A model generated the notes under the pieces. The model had not been told where the DNA came from, did not search any database, and saw only the letters and a program-made list of their open reading frames with translations. Below, piece after piece: positions 47,573-57,716 of a stretch of 64,000 nucleotides of DNA. Position 1 is the first letter of the stretch. Each line of letters starts with the position of its first letter. The translations under genes were made by a program, and so were the position numbers. Origin of the DNA: an uncultured Chloroflexota bacterium (GTDB taxonomy: Bacteria > Chloroflexota > UBA11872 > VXNJ01); NCBI GenBank assembly GCA_913043205.1, contig CAJWLF010000001.1, positions 128,032 to 192,031 on the forward strand. The letters are read 5' to 3'.

Positions 47573-48703
47573 TTGAAACTTCATGAGCATCAAGCTCGCA
47601 AGCTGTTGTCTGAATTCTCCATACCGGTGCCTCGTGGGATAGTGGCTTCCTCAGTAGATGAGGCGATTTCGGCTTTTCACGAACTAGGAGGCCCGGTAGT
47701 GGTGAAGGCACAAGTCTTGTCTGGTGGGAGGGGAAAGGCTGGAGGGGTGGTATTAGCCAATAACGAGGCTGCCGTAGAATCCGCTGCAAAAAACATACTG
47801 CGTCTTGAGATAGGTGGATATTCTGTGAAGCGTCTTTTAATCACTGATGCTTGCGAAATTTCAAAGGAAATATATTTATCCGCTTTGATCGACAGAAACG
47901 CAGGGGCGATTGCTGTGATGGCTAGCTCCAAAGGCGGTATGGATATTGAAGAAGTGGCTCTGCAGTCGCCCGAATTGATAATGCGTAGACATGTTGATTA
48001 TGCCACGGGTCTCCCTCAATTTATGGCTCGAGAGTTGGGCTTTGAACTCGGTTTGGATTGGGATCAAGTGAAAGAGTTTCAGAGCATAGCGTCTAACCTA
48101 GTAGAGCTGCTGAAACAAGTCGATGCTTCACTTGTTGAGATTAACCCTTTGATTGTAGATGGTGAGGGCCATTGTCGGGCGATAGATGCAAAGATTGATT
48201 TAGATGACAATGCCATGGGCCGTCATCCTGAGCTGGAAAATCTTCGTAACCCGGAGGAGTATACCCGCGAGGAGATTGAGGCGCGAAACGCCGGCATTAG
48301 CTATATAAAATTGGATGGGAACATAGGGTGTATGGTCAATGGAGCAGGTTTGGCTATGGCTCTTCTTGATGTAATCAAAGGTGAGGGCGGAGAGCCAGCC
48401 AATTTTCTCGATGTCGGGGGTGGTGCTGATTCTGTACAGGTCCGAACAGCCATGAACATAATCCTGTCTGATCCAACTGTACGGGTTATCTTGATCAATA
48501 TTTTTGGAGGTATCACTAGATGTGACGAGGTTGCGAACGGTGTAATTGAAGCACTTGGGTCGATTTCCAAAGATGTTGATCTCGTAGTTCGCTTGGTTGG
48601 TACTAATGAGGATGAAGGGTTGTCGCTTTTGAAAACCGCTGGCATTTCAGCTCATTCGTCCATGGTTGAGGCGGTCAAACAGGCTGTTGAGCTGGCGTCA
48701 TGA
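47573..48703 (+). CDS. sucC: Succinyl-CoA synthetase beta subunit
   Basis: LHEHQA, KAQVLSGGRGKAGG, EINP, NGAGLAM, PANFLDVGGG, NIFGGITRCD. Confidence 0.97.
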   Translation: MKLHEHQARKLLSEFSIPVPRGIVASSVDEAISAFHELGGPVVVKAQVLSGGRGKAGGVVLANNEAAVESAAKNILRLEIGGYSVKRLLITDACEISKEIYLSALIDRNAGAIAVMASSKGGMDIEEVALQSPELIMRRHVDYATGLPQFMARELGFELGLDWDQVKEFQSIASNLVELLKQVDASLVEINPLIVDGEGHCRAIDAKIDLDDNAMGRHPELENLRNPEEYTREEIEARNAGISYIKLDGNIGCMVNGAGLAMALLDVIKGEGGEPANFLDVGGGADSVQVRTAMNIILSDPTVRVILINIFGGITRCDEVANGVIEALGSISKDVDLVVRLVGTNEDEGLSLLKTAGISAHSSMVEAVKQAVELAS

Positions 48704-49566
48704 GCATTCTGATCAATGAAAACACTAAAGTTATGGTTCAGGGAATTACCGGTAATCAAGGTTCATTTCACACCAACCTAATGCAGCAATATGGCACGAA
48801 CGTCATCAGTGGTGTCGTGCCCGGGAAAGGTGGCGAATCAGTCTTCGGCGTACCAGTTTTTGACACCGTCATTCAGGCTGTTGAGTTCGATAGACCAGAT
48901 TGTGCAGTGGTATTTGTTCCGGCCGCTGTTGCGGCTGATGCAATACTTGAGGAGGTGGCTTGCGGCATTCCATTAATTATTTGCATTACTGAGGGTATTC
49001 CGGTGCTTGATGTAACAAGAGTTATGCAGGCAGTAAATGCTTCCGGTGTCCGGCTGATTGGACCCAATTGCCCCGGTCTTATAAGCCCTGGTCGAAGCAA
49101 GGTTGGGATTATGCCGAGTCATATTCATATGCCGGGACCTGTAGGCGTCGTCAGCCGTAGTGGAACTCTCACTTATGAAGTCGTACAGGCTTTAACTGAT
49201 GCCGGCATCGGTCAAACTACATGTGTTGGGATTGGTGGGGACCCCATAATTGGCACATCTTTTGTTGAGGCCGTAAAAATGTTTCAAGAAGACGATGAAA
49301 CACGAGGTATTGTGGTCATAGGGGAGATTGGAGGGGAGGGTGAAGAACAATGTGCAGAGTATATAGGCAAATACGTAGACAAGCCGGTCGTAGGATTCAT
49401 TTCCGGTAGGTCAGCGCCCGCTGAAAAACGTATGGGGCACGCCGGTGCGATTGTCTCAGGTAGTACAGGGTCAGCTGATGCAAAAATTTCGGCCTTCGAA
49501 GAAGTCGGTGTTTCAGTCGCAAGGATTCCAACTGACATTGCCGCGTTAATTTCTGATTTATTGTGA
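48700..49566 (+). CDS. sucD: Succinyl-CoA synthetase alpha subunit
   Basis: QGITG, GPNCPG, SRSGTLTYE, GIGGD, GEIGG, MGHAGA. Confidence 0.97.
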   Translation: MSILINENTKVMVQGITGNQGSFHTNLMQQYGTNVISGVVPGKGGESVFGVPVFDTVIQAVEFDRPDCAVVFVPAAVAADAILEEVACGIPLIICITEGIPVLDVTRVMQAVNASGVRLIGPNCPGLISPGRSKVGIMPSHIHMPGPVGVVSRSGTLTYEVVQALTDAGIGQTTCVGIGGDPIIGTSFVEAVKMFQEDDETRGIVVIGEIGGEGEEQCAEYIGKYVDKPVVGFISGRSAPAEKRMGHAGAIVSGSTGSADAKISAFEEVGVSVARIPTDIAALISDLL

Positions 49567-49689
49567 TGTTTTGTTATGCATGATCGTGTGCGCAGACGGA
49601 TAACTGTGTAGGATATACGTTCAGGTGTTAATTAGAGTTATTACTTTGACGGGTTGTACAAGCAATCTGGGAAAGGCAAAAGCATAACT

Positions 49690-51333
49690 GTGATCCAGCA
49701 CGATGTAATCGTGGTTGGTGGTGGTGTTGCAGGCCTTAGTGCGGCTATAGCTGCAGCTGACAGAGGGTCTGTGGCTCTTATTTCAAAGAGCCACCCGCTG
49801 CGCTCAATGTCGGCAAGTATTCGTGAAGGTATTAATTGTTGTGATGATGATTTGTTCCCTTCATTGGTGGCGGATACGATCCACGCCGGCGAATATCTTA
49901 ATGATGTTAATGCTACAGAGGCATTGATCAAAAATTCCTCACAAATGGTCTCAAAGTTGGAGGAGTATGGGGTTGCCTTTACCCGAGATTCTGCAGGGTT
50001 GGCTGCAACGGCTAAATTACAAGGGGCTTCTCGTTCATATACTCGGTACTGTTCCGACCATACAGGAAGGGCGGTAGTTAATGCTTTGTGGAGCCAAGTG
50101 GTTAAGGCTGGCGTATCTGTATACGACGAATGGATGGCTACTAAATTACTTGTAGACGAGTCGACAGTGTGCGGTGTTGTTGCACTGGATATACGGTCTG
50201 GTCGTGTACATTCTTTTTCTGGTCGCTCTGTAGTCATTTGCTCGGGGGGGTATGGGGGTATATTTGCTGATAGTGCTGCGGGGTCCTATGTTTGCGGTGA
50301 TGGATTGGCGATGGCCTATCGAATTGGCGCCACCCTTAAGAATATGGAATTTGTGGATTTTCACCCTGCTGGACTTAGAACGGTTGATGGGATGCCATCA
50401 GATGGGGCAGCTATCGGTGATATGGCCATAGCCCTAGGGGCGCGATTCGTGAATTCTGATGGAGATGAGATAGACGTTGGGTTGAATAATGGGGTGCTTC
50501 CACCGGACCACATAATGTCAAACGCTCTCAGTAATGTGGCTGGTGATGTGGCATTAGATTTCACCACAATCGATAATGAGTTGATGGCTGAGATTATTCC
50601 TTCTTGTTTACCTCTTTTGCGTTCTATCACCACTACTTCATCTGATGGTATTAGAGTTTCAGTTAAGCCGGTTGTTAGGCGGGTAATCGGCGGTATAAAC
50701 ATAAATAGTGTCGGTGCGACTAATGTGTCAGGGCTATACGCTGCTGGTGAGGCTGCCTGCTCAGGGGTTCATGGAGCGGGGTTGCTAGCAGGGAATTCAA
50801 TGCTCGATGATTTTGTATCCGGATGGAATGCTGGCGTGGAAGGCAGTCGGGTTGAAGGTGGCTTTAGGACCATCAATGAAGGTGACGCGCATGATGAGCA
50901 GAATCGAATAGAGAGCATATTACGTAGAGATGAGGGGAACTCGGCGGCGGCAATTTCAAGTTCTCTAAGGCGCGCTATGTCCGATGGTTTTGGAGTCCTT
51001 AGATCACCGGATGGTATGGAAATTGCTTCTCAAGTGCTATTTGATTGTCGCGAATCCCTCAATGGTGTCGCCATTTACGATGGGCGAAGCCGCTATAATC
51101 AAGAATTAGTTAAAGTGCTTGAATTGCAGAATATGATAGAGGTTGCAGGTGCGCTGGTTACGTCTGCAATGGCACGAAAGGAATCACGGGGTAGTCATAA
51201 ACGTACTGATTTTATTGAGGTTGATGACGAGAGATATCAAAAACATTCTGAAATCACATTTCACCCCAATGGTTCTGAAGTATCTTTTGTGTCTTTTCCG
51301 GCAATTCGCTCCTCCCGACAGGAGGCTCAGTGA
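49690..51333 (+). CDS. SdhA/FrdA-like flavoprotein with a degenerate active site
   Basis: Collinear with SdhA ([36 protein letters not shown]) but most catalytic residues are substituted. GTG 49690 aligns with the FrdA start. Confidence 0.88.
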   Translation: MIQHDVIVVGGGVAGLSAAIAAADRGSVALISKSHPLRSMSASIREGINCCDDDLFPSLVADTIHAGEYLNDVNATEALIKNSSQMVSKLEEYGVAFTRDSAGLAATAKLQGASRSYTRYCSDHTGRAVVNALWSQVVKAGVSVYDEWMATKLLVDESTVCGVVALDIRSGRVHSFSGRSVVICSGGYGGIFADSAAGSYVCGDGLAMAYRIGATLKNMEFVDFHPAGLRTVDGMPSDGAAIGDMAIALGARFVNSDGDEIDVGLNNGVLPPDHIMSNALSNVAGDVALDFTTIDNELMAEIIPSCLPLLRSITTTSSDGIRVSVKPVVRRVIGGININSVGATNVSGLYAAGEAACSGVHGAGLLAGNSMLDDFVSGWNAGVEGSRVEGGFRTINEGDAHDEQNRIESILRRDEGNSAAAISSSLRRAMSDGFGVLRSPDGMEIASQVLFDCRESLNGVAIYDGRSRYNQELVKVLELQNMIEVAGALVTSAMARKESRGSHKRTDFIEVDDERYQKHSEITFHPNGSEVSFVSFPAIRSSRQEAQ

Positions 51334-52043
51334 TGGATAATGTTGAATTAGTTGTAACTAGATACGATCCAGAAATAGACGATTTTCATCGAAGTCAAAC
51401 ATTCTCTGTTAGGGCGGTGCCAGGCATGACTGTTCTTGATGCACTAGTTCAGGTCCGTGACGAACAGGATGGATCACTTCGTTTCAGAGAGTCGGAACCT
51501 GGTGGTTGGAGCGGTTCATGCGCGGTCACGGTTAATGACGTGCCGTGTCTGGCTTCCCGGACGCTTCTGGCTAGAGTTATATTAAATAATTCAGCTGTGA
51601 TAGGTCCTTTGAAGAATTTTCCGGTAATATGTGATCTGGTTGTTGACAACCCCATATATCTGGCAAAAATTGAAGCTTTGGAGCCTTGGGTAGATAACGC
51701 AAAAGAGCAACCTGCATCAATGACCCGTGAAGAGTATTTTAGATTGCGACGAACTGATGGGTGTGCCCTTTGTGGTATTTGTGATGCTAATTCGGATGAG
51801 TACCTGACTGATCCAATGTTTATTGGAGCAGCGTCATTACTGTGGACCTATCGTTTGACATCCGATTCGCGTGACTCGTTTGACCGAGAGCGCATGGAGG
51901 CTGTGCTTGGTAGCGGAGGGTTATGGGCCTTTTCTGGTGATACTTCCAGTGAGGATTTATGTCCTTATGCTATCGACCCAGTAAATCAAATTATGAGATT
52001 ACGAAATGCAGCCTCACAGAATGGATATGTTCCTACTGAATAG
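51330..52043 (+). CDS. SdhB/FrdB-like Fe-S protein missing most cluster cysteines
   Basis: RYDP, TVLDAL, DGSL.FR, PLKNFPVICDLVVD, CALCGIC, FIGAA, DSRD, LCP; translationally coupled to the upstream gene. Confidence 0.88.
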   Translation: MMDNVELVVTRYDPEIDDFHRSQTFSVRAVPGMTVLDALVQVRDEQDGSLRFRESEPGGWSGSCAVTVNDVPCLASRTLLARVILNNSAVIGPLKNFPVICDLVVDNPIYLAKIEALEPWVDNAKEQPASMTREEYFRLRRTDGCALCGICDANSDEYLTDPMFIGAASLLWTYRLTSDSRDSFDRERMEAVLGSGGLWAFSGDTSSEDLCPYAIDPVNQIMRLRNAASQNGYVPTE

Positions 52044-52091
52044 AGATGGTTTGGTGATAATGGGTCACCATTCATAAGGAGGTTTTGAATA

Positions 52092-53018
52092 ATGCGGCCT
52101 AAAGTGACTGTTGTCGGAGCTGGTGCGACAGGCGGATCTACCGCGAGAAGGGTAGCCGCTCGCGGATATGCTGACGTGGTGCTACTGGACATAATGGCAG
52201 ACTTTGCTGCCGGCAAAGCCCTGGATTTAAATCAGGCAGGCTCTTTGGTCGGGTATCCGCCGAATATAGTTGGAACCGGGTCTTATGAAGATACTCGCGG
52301 ATCTTCTGTTTGCGTAATAACCTCTGGGTTTCCTCGGAAGCCTGGAATGTCTCGAGATGATCTATTGCTTGGCAACAAGGAAATTATTGAAATCGTTGTC
52401 GAAAAGCTTTTAGACGAGTCTCCTGACACCATTTTGGTAATCCTAACGAATCCTATGGACGCGATGGCTCAATTAGCTCTCCACGTGTCTGGATTACCAC
52501 GCCAAAAAGTTATAGGACAAGGTGGGATACTTGATACTGCTAGATATCGGACATTCATTGCATGGGAGCTCGGTGTAGCGGCTGATGATGTATCTGGTTT
52601 CGTTCTTGGTGGTCATGGAGATACGATGGTACCAGTACCCAGTTATACATCGGTAGCAGGCATTCCTGTAACGGAACTTATTGATGCTGATCGATTGGAA
52701 GAAATTGTTCAGCGTGCACGTGATGGTGGGGCCGAAGTTGGAGGTCTGATGAAAGTCGCTAGTGCATTTGAGGCGCCTGGAGAGGCCTGTGCAATGATGG
52801 TTGATTCCATAATGCTTGATCAGAAACGAATATTTCCCTGCGCTGTACAGCTGGAAGGTGAGTTTGATATTGATGGGACCTTCGTCGGTGTTCCAGTTAA
52901 GTTGGGTAGCGGTGGAGTGGAACAGATAATGCCGCTGAAATTGTCGTCTACTGAAATATCAGATCTAAAAAAGTCAGCTGATGCAGTAGTTGAACTGGTT
53001 AAAATTATGGGTATCTAG
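52092..53018 (+). CDS. mdh: Malate dehydrogenase (LDH-like)
   Basis: GAGATG, GKALD, PRKPGMSRDDL, NPMD, LDTAR, LGGHGD; AAGGAGG SD. Confidence 0.96.
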   Translation: MRPKVTVVGAGATGGSTARRVAARGYADVVLLDIMADFAAGKALDLNQAGSLVGYPPNIVGTGSYEDTRGSSVCVITSGFPRKPGMSRDDLLLGNKEIIEIVVEKLLDESPDTILVILTNPMDAMAQLALHVSGLPRQKVIGQGGILDTARYRTFIAWELGVAADDVSGFVLGGHGDTMVPVPSYTSVAGIPVTELIDADRLEEIVQRARDGGAEVGGLMKVASAFEAPGEACAMMVDSIMLDQKRIFPCAVQLEGEFDIDGTFVGVPVKLGSGGVEQIMPLKLSSTEISDLKKSADAVVELVKIMGI

Positions 53019-53100
53019 GCATACGAATACATCGGACTTGTAATTGTCCTATTGAGTCGTCGCATCTGTCTGCGAGGTGTGGCTGCCGATGATGAGTGTT

Positions 53101-53457
53101 TTAGAGCCCTGCAAGTAATAATGCAGCTAGCCCGGAAGCCCCAAGGGCGCTTAGATAACATAGTGTTGCCGCTATTGGATCTGGTATTGGAATACGAGTG
53201 TCATGTATCGTATGGCGTATCCGATGAGCGGCGTGCATTAACGATGCTCCTATAACGGCTAATACGACGATGCGTACGATCCAGTTGCTAAGCAGTGAGT
53301 ATATTCGATCATACGAAAAGGCCACTTGGGCCTCTTCTATTCCAAATCCACCTAAAATAGTAGATGCAATTAATGAAGGTATTAGCATTGCTGACACGAC
53401 TCCACCACCACTAAATATTAGCCAGAACAATGCTTCGTTCGATCCACGAGGCTTCAT
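53101..53457 (-). CDS. frdD: Fumarate reductase subunit D (membrane anchor)
   Basis: SNEALFWLIFSGGG and HAAHRIRHTIHD match enterobacterial-type FrdD; start trimmed to ATG 53457. Confidence 0.9.
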   Translation of the reverse strand: MKPRGSNEALFWLIFSGGGVVSAMLIPSLIASTILGGFGIEEAQVAFSYDRIYSLLSNWIVRIVVLAVIGASLMHAAHRIRHTIHDTRIPIPDPIAATLCYLSALGASGLAALLLAGL

Positions 53458-53915
53458 GAAAATATCATCCATAGAACAATAGAGCTTACTCCCAACCACA
53501 CTATGTAAAGGGGAGTGATTAAAAATAGTGGCGATATCGGAGATTCTCCTTTAAGTATCCGTACCGCTTTCGGCGTCAGATTAAACCAAGTTACCGTATG
53601 AAATAACGCAAAGAGCAAGGTAAATACTTGAATTACCGTTAATGGTGGCGACCATAGCAACTCCATATAGTCGTTGTATGCTTCTGCTCCGATATACAAA
53701 GCCGCTATCAACCCTATAAACAGTATGAGGTATAAAGCGATAAAGACTGAGGTTAGCTCTCTAATAAATACGAAGAAATAAGACGATCCCCGTAGCCACC
53801 ACGTTGCCCCTAAATCTGGACGTGGGCGAGTATCACGCTGTCTGTATCTCGTGTGATTAAGCCACCAATTTGAGTGCAAGTTATGGGAAGGACGGCGTTT
53901 TTCGGGGTCAGTCAT
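53454..53915 (-). CDS. frdC: Fumarate reductase subunit C (membrane anchor)
   Basis: TWWL...Y..FIRELTS and HTVTWFNLTPKA; start trimmed to ATG 53915. Confidence 0.9.
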   Translation of the reverse strand: MTDPEKRRPSHNLHSNWWLNHTRYRQRDTRPRPDLGATWWLRGSSYFFVFIRELTSVFIALYLILFIGLIAALYIGAEAYNDYMELLWSPPLTVIQVFTLLFALFHTVTWFNLTPKAVRILKGESPISPLFLITPLYIVWLGVSSIVLWMIFS

Positions 53916-54661
53916 TTGTTCCCTTTTGGCATAATCAATGATTTGGCATAGGCCAGGGCACTTTCGAGCTTGGCTTGTTGTATCGCGGCTGCCGGATCTA
54001 CTCCTTTTGGGCATACATTTGAACACTCTCCCACGAAGGTACAGTCCCAAACACCCTCATTGGCCATAAGAACATCTAGTCTTTGCTCTTTTCCTGAGTC
54101 GCGAGAGTCCAAGTTATATCGCTGGGCTAGCGCTATGGCTGCAGGTCCAACGAATTCAGGTTCGTTGCTGGCCACGGGGCACGCAGAGTAACACAGGGTG
54201 CAGTTAATACACATGCTGTATTGCTTGTATTTTGCCAGTTGAGCAGGTGTTTGTTTGTATTCTCGGTTCGCGGGAGGGACCGAGTCTCCTTCAATTAACC
54301 AGGGCTTCACGGAGTCTAGTTTGTGGATAAAGTCATCCATATCCACTATAAGATCTCGTTCAACTCTGAAATTGGCCAATGGTTCAACAACGATAGGGTC
54401 TGGGTAGTATTCTGAGAGAAACGCGGAACATGTGAGCTTGGGTTTGCCGTTAATCATCATCCCGCAACTGCCGCACACTCCCATTCGGCACGACCATCGA
54501 TAAGCTAGCGATCCGTCAACGTAATCTTTTATGTAATTAAGCGCATCAAGAACAACCCAATCTTCGTTGTACGGAACCATGTATTCATCATAGCCGTCCG
54601 TGGTCTGCCCTTCGGTGTATCTGGATATTTTTAGGGGTATTCTGTCAGTATCCACGGTCAT
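53912..54661 (-). CDS. frdB: Fumarate reductase/succinate dehydrogenase Fe-S subunit
   Basis: All clusters intact: [37 protein letters not shown]. Confidence 0.96.
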   Translation of the reverse strand: MTVDTDRIPLKISRYTEGQTTDGYDEYMVPYNEDWVVLDALNYIKDYVDGSLAYRWSCRMGVCGSCGMMINGKPKLTCSAFLSEYYPDPIVVEPLANFRVERDLIVDMDDFIHKLDSVKPWLIEGDSVPPANREYKQTPAQLAKYKQYSMCINCTLCYSACPVASNEPEFVGPAAIALAQRYNLDSRDSGKEQRLDVLMANEGVWDCTFVGECSNVCPKGVDPAAAIQQAKLESALAYAKSLIMPKGNK

Positions 54662-56418
54662 TTTCCTCCTCCGTATATACGTTTAGCTGGCGGGAGGTTA
54701 GTGATGACAACATCCTTGTGCTCGATTCGCGGTGCGTCATCGGTGTTGTACGCAAGAGAATGTTTTAGGAACTCGTCATCATCTCGCTCTGGGAAATCAG
54801 TTCGCTGGTGAGATCCACGAGATTCTTTTCGGCGGAGCGCAGAGAACGTGACTGTCTCTGCAATATCAAGCATGAAGTCTAGCTCTATTGCAGAAGTTAA
54901 TTCTGTATTGTAGGACAGGCTAGTGTCATCTAGTTTAAGGTTTTTGGATCGTTTGCGTAGCTCTGTGATCGTTGTACAGGCCTTTTGCATTCCTTCCGCA
55001 TTTCGGTATATTCCTGCTCCTTCTTCAAGCGCGGATGTCATTATATTTCTGAGATCCGCTATTTTTTCATCCCCGGCTCGATTTCCGAGCAGCTCCGAAA
55101 TCCTATTAATCTCGTCTTGAGTCTGGGAGAGCAGGTCGTTTTCCCCAGATATGCCGTGCTGTTGGGCGAATATGGCTGCATTTCTGCCGGCTTGCGCCCC
55201 AAAAACTAGCAGTTCAGTTAGCGAATTGGAGCCTAGTCTATTTGCACCATTAATGCTTACGCATGCGCATTCTCCGGCTGCGTATAGTCCCGGTAGGGTA
55301 GTCGCGGCTTCAATATCCGTATCTATGCCGCCCATCATGTAATGCACCACAGGACGCACGGGGATAGGTTCGTGTACAGGGTCTACCCCACCATAGTTGT
55401 TAGACAACTCCCTTACGAAAGGTATCTTTTTCTCAATATATGATTCACCCAAATGTCTTACGTCTAAATGAACGTAAGTACCATGAGGGCCTTCAAAGAC
55501 ATTACCTTTGGTTTGTTCGTGTATGAACGCCTGCGACAAACGATCTCGGGGACCTAGTTCCATTGTTCGGTTTTTCGGATGATCATGATGATCTATAGGG
55601 AGAGGCTTGCCTAGATCATAGTCGCTGAGGTAACGATGTCCTTTGTTATTGACAAGGATCCCTCCCTCTCCTCGGGCTGCTTCGGTAATTAGAATACCGG
55701 TTCCTGGTAGTCCTGTTGGGTGGTATTGAACAAATTCCATGTCTTTCAATGCAACCCCTGCCCTGTAGGCTAGAGCCATTCCATCTCCGGTCTTGATTGC
55801 AGCATTCGTAGTAAATGGGAACACTCTTCCGCCTCCGCCTGTGCACATAATTACTGCCTTCGCAAGTATCGGTACGATCCGTCCTGTGCGCAACTCCATT
55901 GCAGCTACCCCTTGGCACCTACCATCGTGGGTTAACAGCCTAAGCGCCATCCATTCGTCATACCGTTGCAAGCTCCTATATTTGAGAGTTGTTTGGAACA
56001 GTGAGTGAAGTACATGGAACCCAGTTTTGTCCGCTGCAAACCATGTACGTTCAATCTGCATTCCGCCAAATGGGCGAACTGCAACGCTGCCGTCTGATTC
56101 GCGGCTCCAGGGACACCCCCAGTGTTCGAGTTGAATCAACTCCGACGGTGCTGTTCTCACGAAAAATTCAACAGCGTCCTGGTCCGCTAGCCAGTCTGAT
56201 CCGCTCACCGTGTCATAGATGTGATCCTCAAAACTGTCATTGGGCTTGATGACGGCTGCCATGCCACCTTCTGCAGCCACCGTATGGCTGCGCATTGGGT
56301 AGACCTTGGAAACTACAGCCACGTCCAAATCTGGGTTCTCTTGAGACACCGCAATAGCAGCCCTAAGCCCTGCCCCTCCACCTCCAATAATTAGAATGTC
56401 GTGTTTGATAGAGCGCAT
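54658..56418 (-). CDS. frdA: Fumarate reductase/succinate dehydrogenase flavoprotein
   Basis: [43 protein letters not shown] all intact. Confidence 0.97.
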   Translation of the reverse strand: MRSIKHDILIIGGGGAGLRAAIAVSQENPDLDVAVVSKVYPMRSHTVAAEGGMAAVIKPNDSFEDHIYDTVSGSDWLADQDAVEFFVRTAPSELIQLEHWGCPWSRESDGSVAVRPFGGMQIERTWFAADKTGFHVLHSLFQTTLKYRSLQRYDEWMALRLLTHDGRCQGVAAMELRTGRIVPILAKAVIMCTGGGGRVFPFTTNAAIKTGDGMALAYRAGVALKDMEFVQYHPTGLPGTGILITEAARGEGGILVNNKGHRYLSDYDLGKPLPIDHHDHPKNRTMELGPRDRLSQAFIHEQTKGNVFEGPHGTYVHLDVRHLGESYIEKKIPFVRELSNNYGGVDPVHEPIPVRPVVHYMMGGIDTDIEAATTLPGLYAAGECACVSINGANRLGSNSLTELLVFGAQAGRNAAIFAQQHGISGENDLLSQTQDEINRISELLGNRAGDEKIADLRNIMTSALEEGAGIYRNAEGMQKACTTITELRKRSKNLKLDDTSLSYNTELTSAIELDFMLDIAETVTFSALRRKESRGSHQRTDFPERDDDEFLKHSLAYNTDDAPRIEHKDVVITNLPPAKRIYGGGK

Positions 56419-56611
56419 AGCCGTTAAGTGTGCGTTAGATTCTTTCTGCCTAATGACTGGAACGCTAGTTTAGTGCCGCGCACGTATACAGGTATCCAAA
56501 CTAGAGCCAACAAAGTATTCATGACTCTGAGTAGTGTACTGTTATTTTCATCAGTAGTGCTAGGCGAATTGAAAAGATTCTCCTATTCATGCAAACGCAG
56601 TAACATAACCT

Positions 56612-57688
56612 ATGGATATAGGACTATTTTTGATGCCCCTGCATCCGCCAGAGAAACCCCCGTCCATGTCGATAGCTGAGGATCTGGAACTGATCGTACA
56701 CGCTGACAAATTGGGTTTCAGTGAGGCTTGGGTTGGGGAGCATATGACTGCTAAGTGGGAAATTATAGGATCACCTGATCTGTTTTTGTCTCATGCCTTT
56801 GCCATGACCAAAGATATTCGACTTGGGACGGGAGTGTATTTATTGGCCGTACATCACCCGTCTGATGTCGCCACTAGAGCAGCTTTGTTGGACCAAATCT
56901 CTAAAGGTCGATTCAATTTTGGTGTCGGGACAGGCAGCGTCCCTAGCGATCGTCCTTTTAAGAACGTTGTGGACGATGCCAAGGTCATGAATGGACGGTT
57001 TACGGAGAGCCTTGAGATTATTTTAGGCATATGGCAGGCAGAGCCACCCTGGAAATATGAGGGTGAATATTGGACGGTGGAATTGACTGATCAATGGGCG
57101 GATCTAGATATGGGTTTCCCACTAAAACCCTTTACCAAACCTCATCCCCCTATCGCGATACCTGGGTTTTCTCGCGATTCTGGGTCAATCTTTGAAGCTG
57201 GGAAGAGGGGTTGGGGGGCTCTGTCAACGAACCTTGCGAGTAATGACATTATTGGAACTCACCAATCACGCTACAAGCAAGGCATGGAATTGGACGGAGG
57301 GGTTTTTCGGCCACAGGGCTGGCGAGTGGCCCGAGAAGTACACGTTGCTGATACTGATCAAGAAGCTATGGAGTATGCGATCAATGGCCCGATGGGCGAG
57401 GCATTTCGCAGGTACATGCTGCCTTTGTGTAAGAAGAATATTCCTGACGGGCTTGGTATTTTTAAGGATGATCCCAGCATCCCTGACAGTGATGTGACAG
57501 TGGAGTACCTAGCAGAAAATGTATGGTTGGTCGGTAGTCCGGATACTGTTGCAGATAAAATCAATCAATTTATGGGTAGTTACGGCGAATTTGGGACACT
57601 GCTGGTTGTAGCCCATGATTGGGTTGATGCAGCCCCAGTGCTTCATAGCATGGAATTGTTAGCAGGTGAGGTGCGGCCTGCAATTTAA
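56612..57688 (+). CDS. Luciferase-like (LLM class) flavin-dependent oxidoreductase
   Basis: GLFLMPLHP, LGFSEAWVGEH, IRLGTGV, LDQISKGRFNFGVG, PHPPI, VGSPDTV. Confidence 0.92.
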   Translation: MDIGLFLMPLHPPEKPPSMSIAEDLELIVHADKLGFSEAWVGEHMTAKWEIIGSPDLFLSHAFAMTKDIRLGTGVYLLAVHHPSDVATRAALLDQISKGRFNFGVGTGSVPSDRPFKNVVDDAKVMNGRFTESLEIILGIWQAEPPWKYEGEYWTVELTDQWADLDMGFPLKPFTKPHPPIAIPGFSRDSGSIFEAGKRGWGALSTNLASNDIIGTHQSRYKQGMELDGGVFRPQGWRVAREVHVADTDQEAMEYAINGPMGEAFRRYMLPLCKKNIPDGLGIFKDDPSIPDSDVTVEYLAENVWLVGSPDTVADKINQFMGSYGEFGTLLVVAHDWVDAAPVLHSMELLAGEVRPAI

Positions 57689-57716
57689 CCTGGTTAGTGG
57701 ATTCTTATGGATTGGT

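Noticed and set aside
49641-50237. 198-aa antisense ORF, and similar ones such as 10309..10872 and 20370..20804
   Set aside because: Lie entirely opposite well-supported genes and have no recognisable motifs.
49690-51333. L-aspartate oxidase (nadB) or a classical pseudogene
   Set aside because: NadB retains the catalytic Arg/His residues missing here and has no SdhB partner; the frame has no stops or frameshifts.
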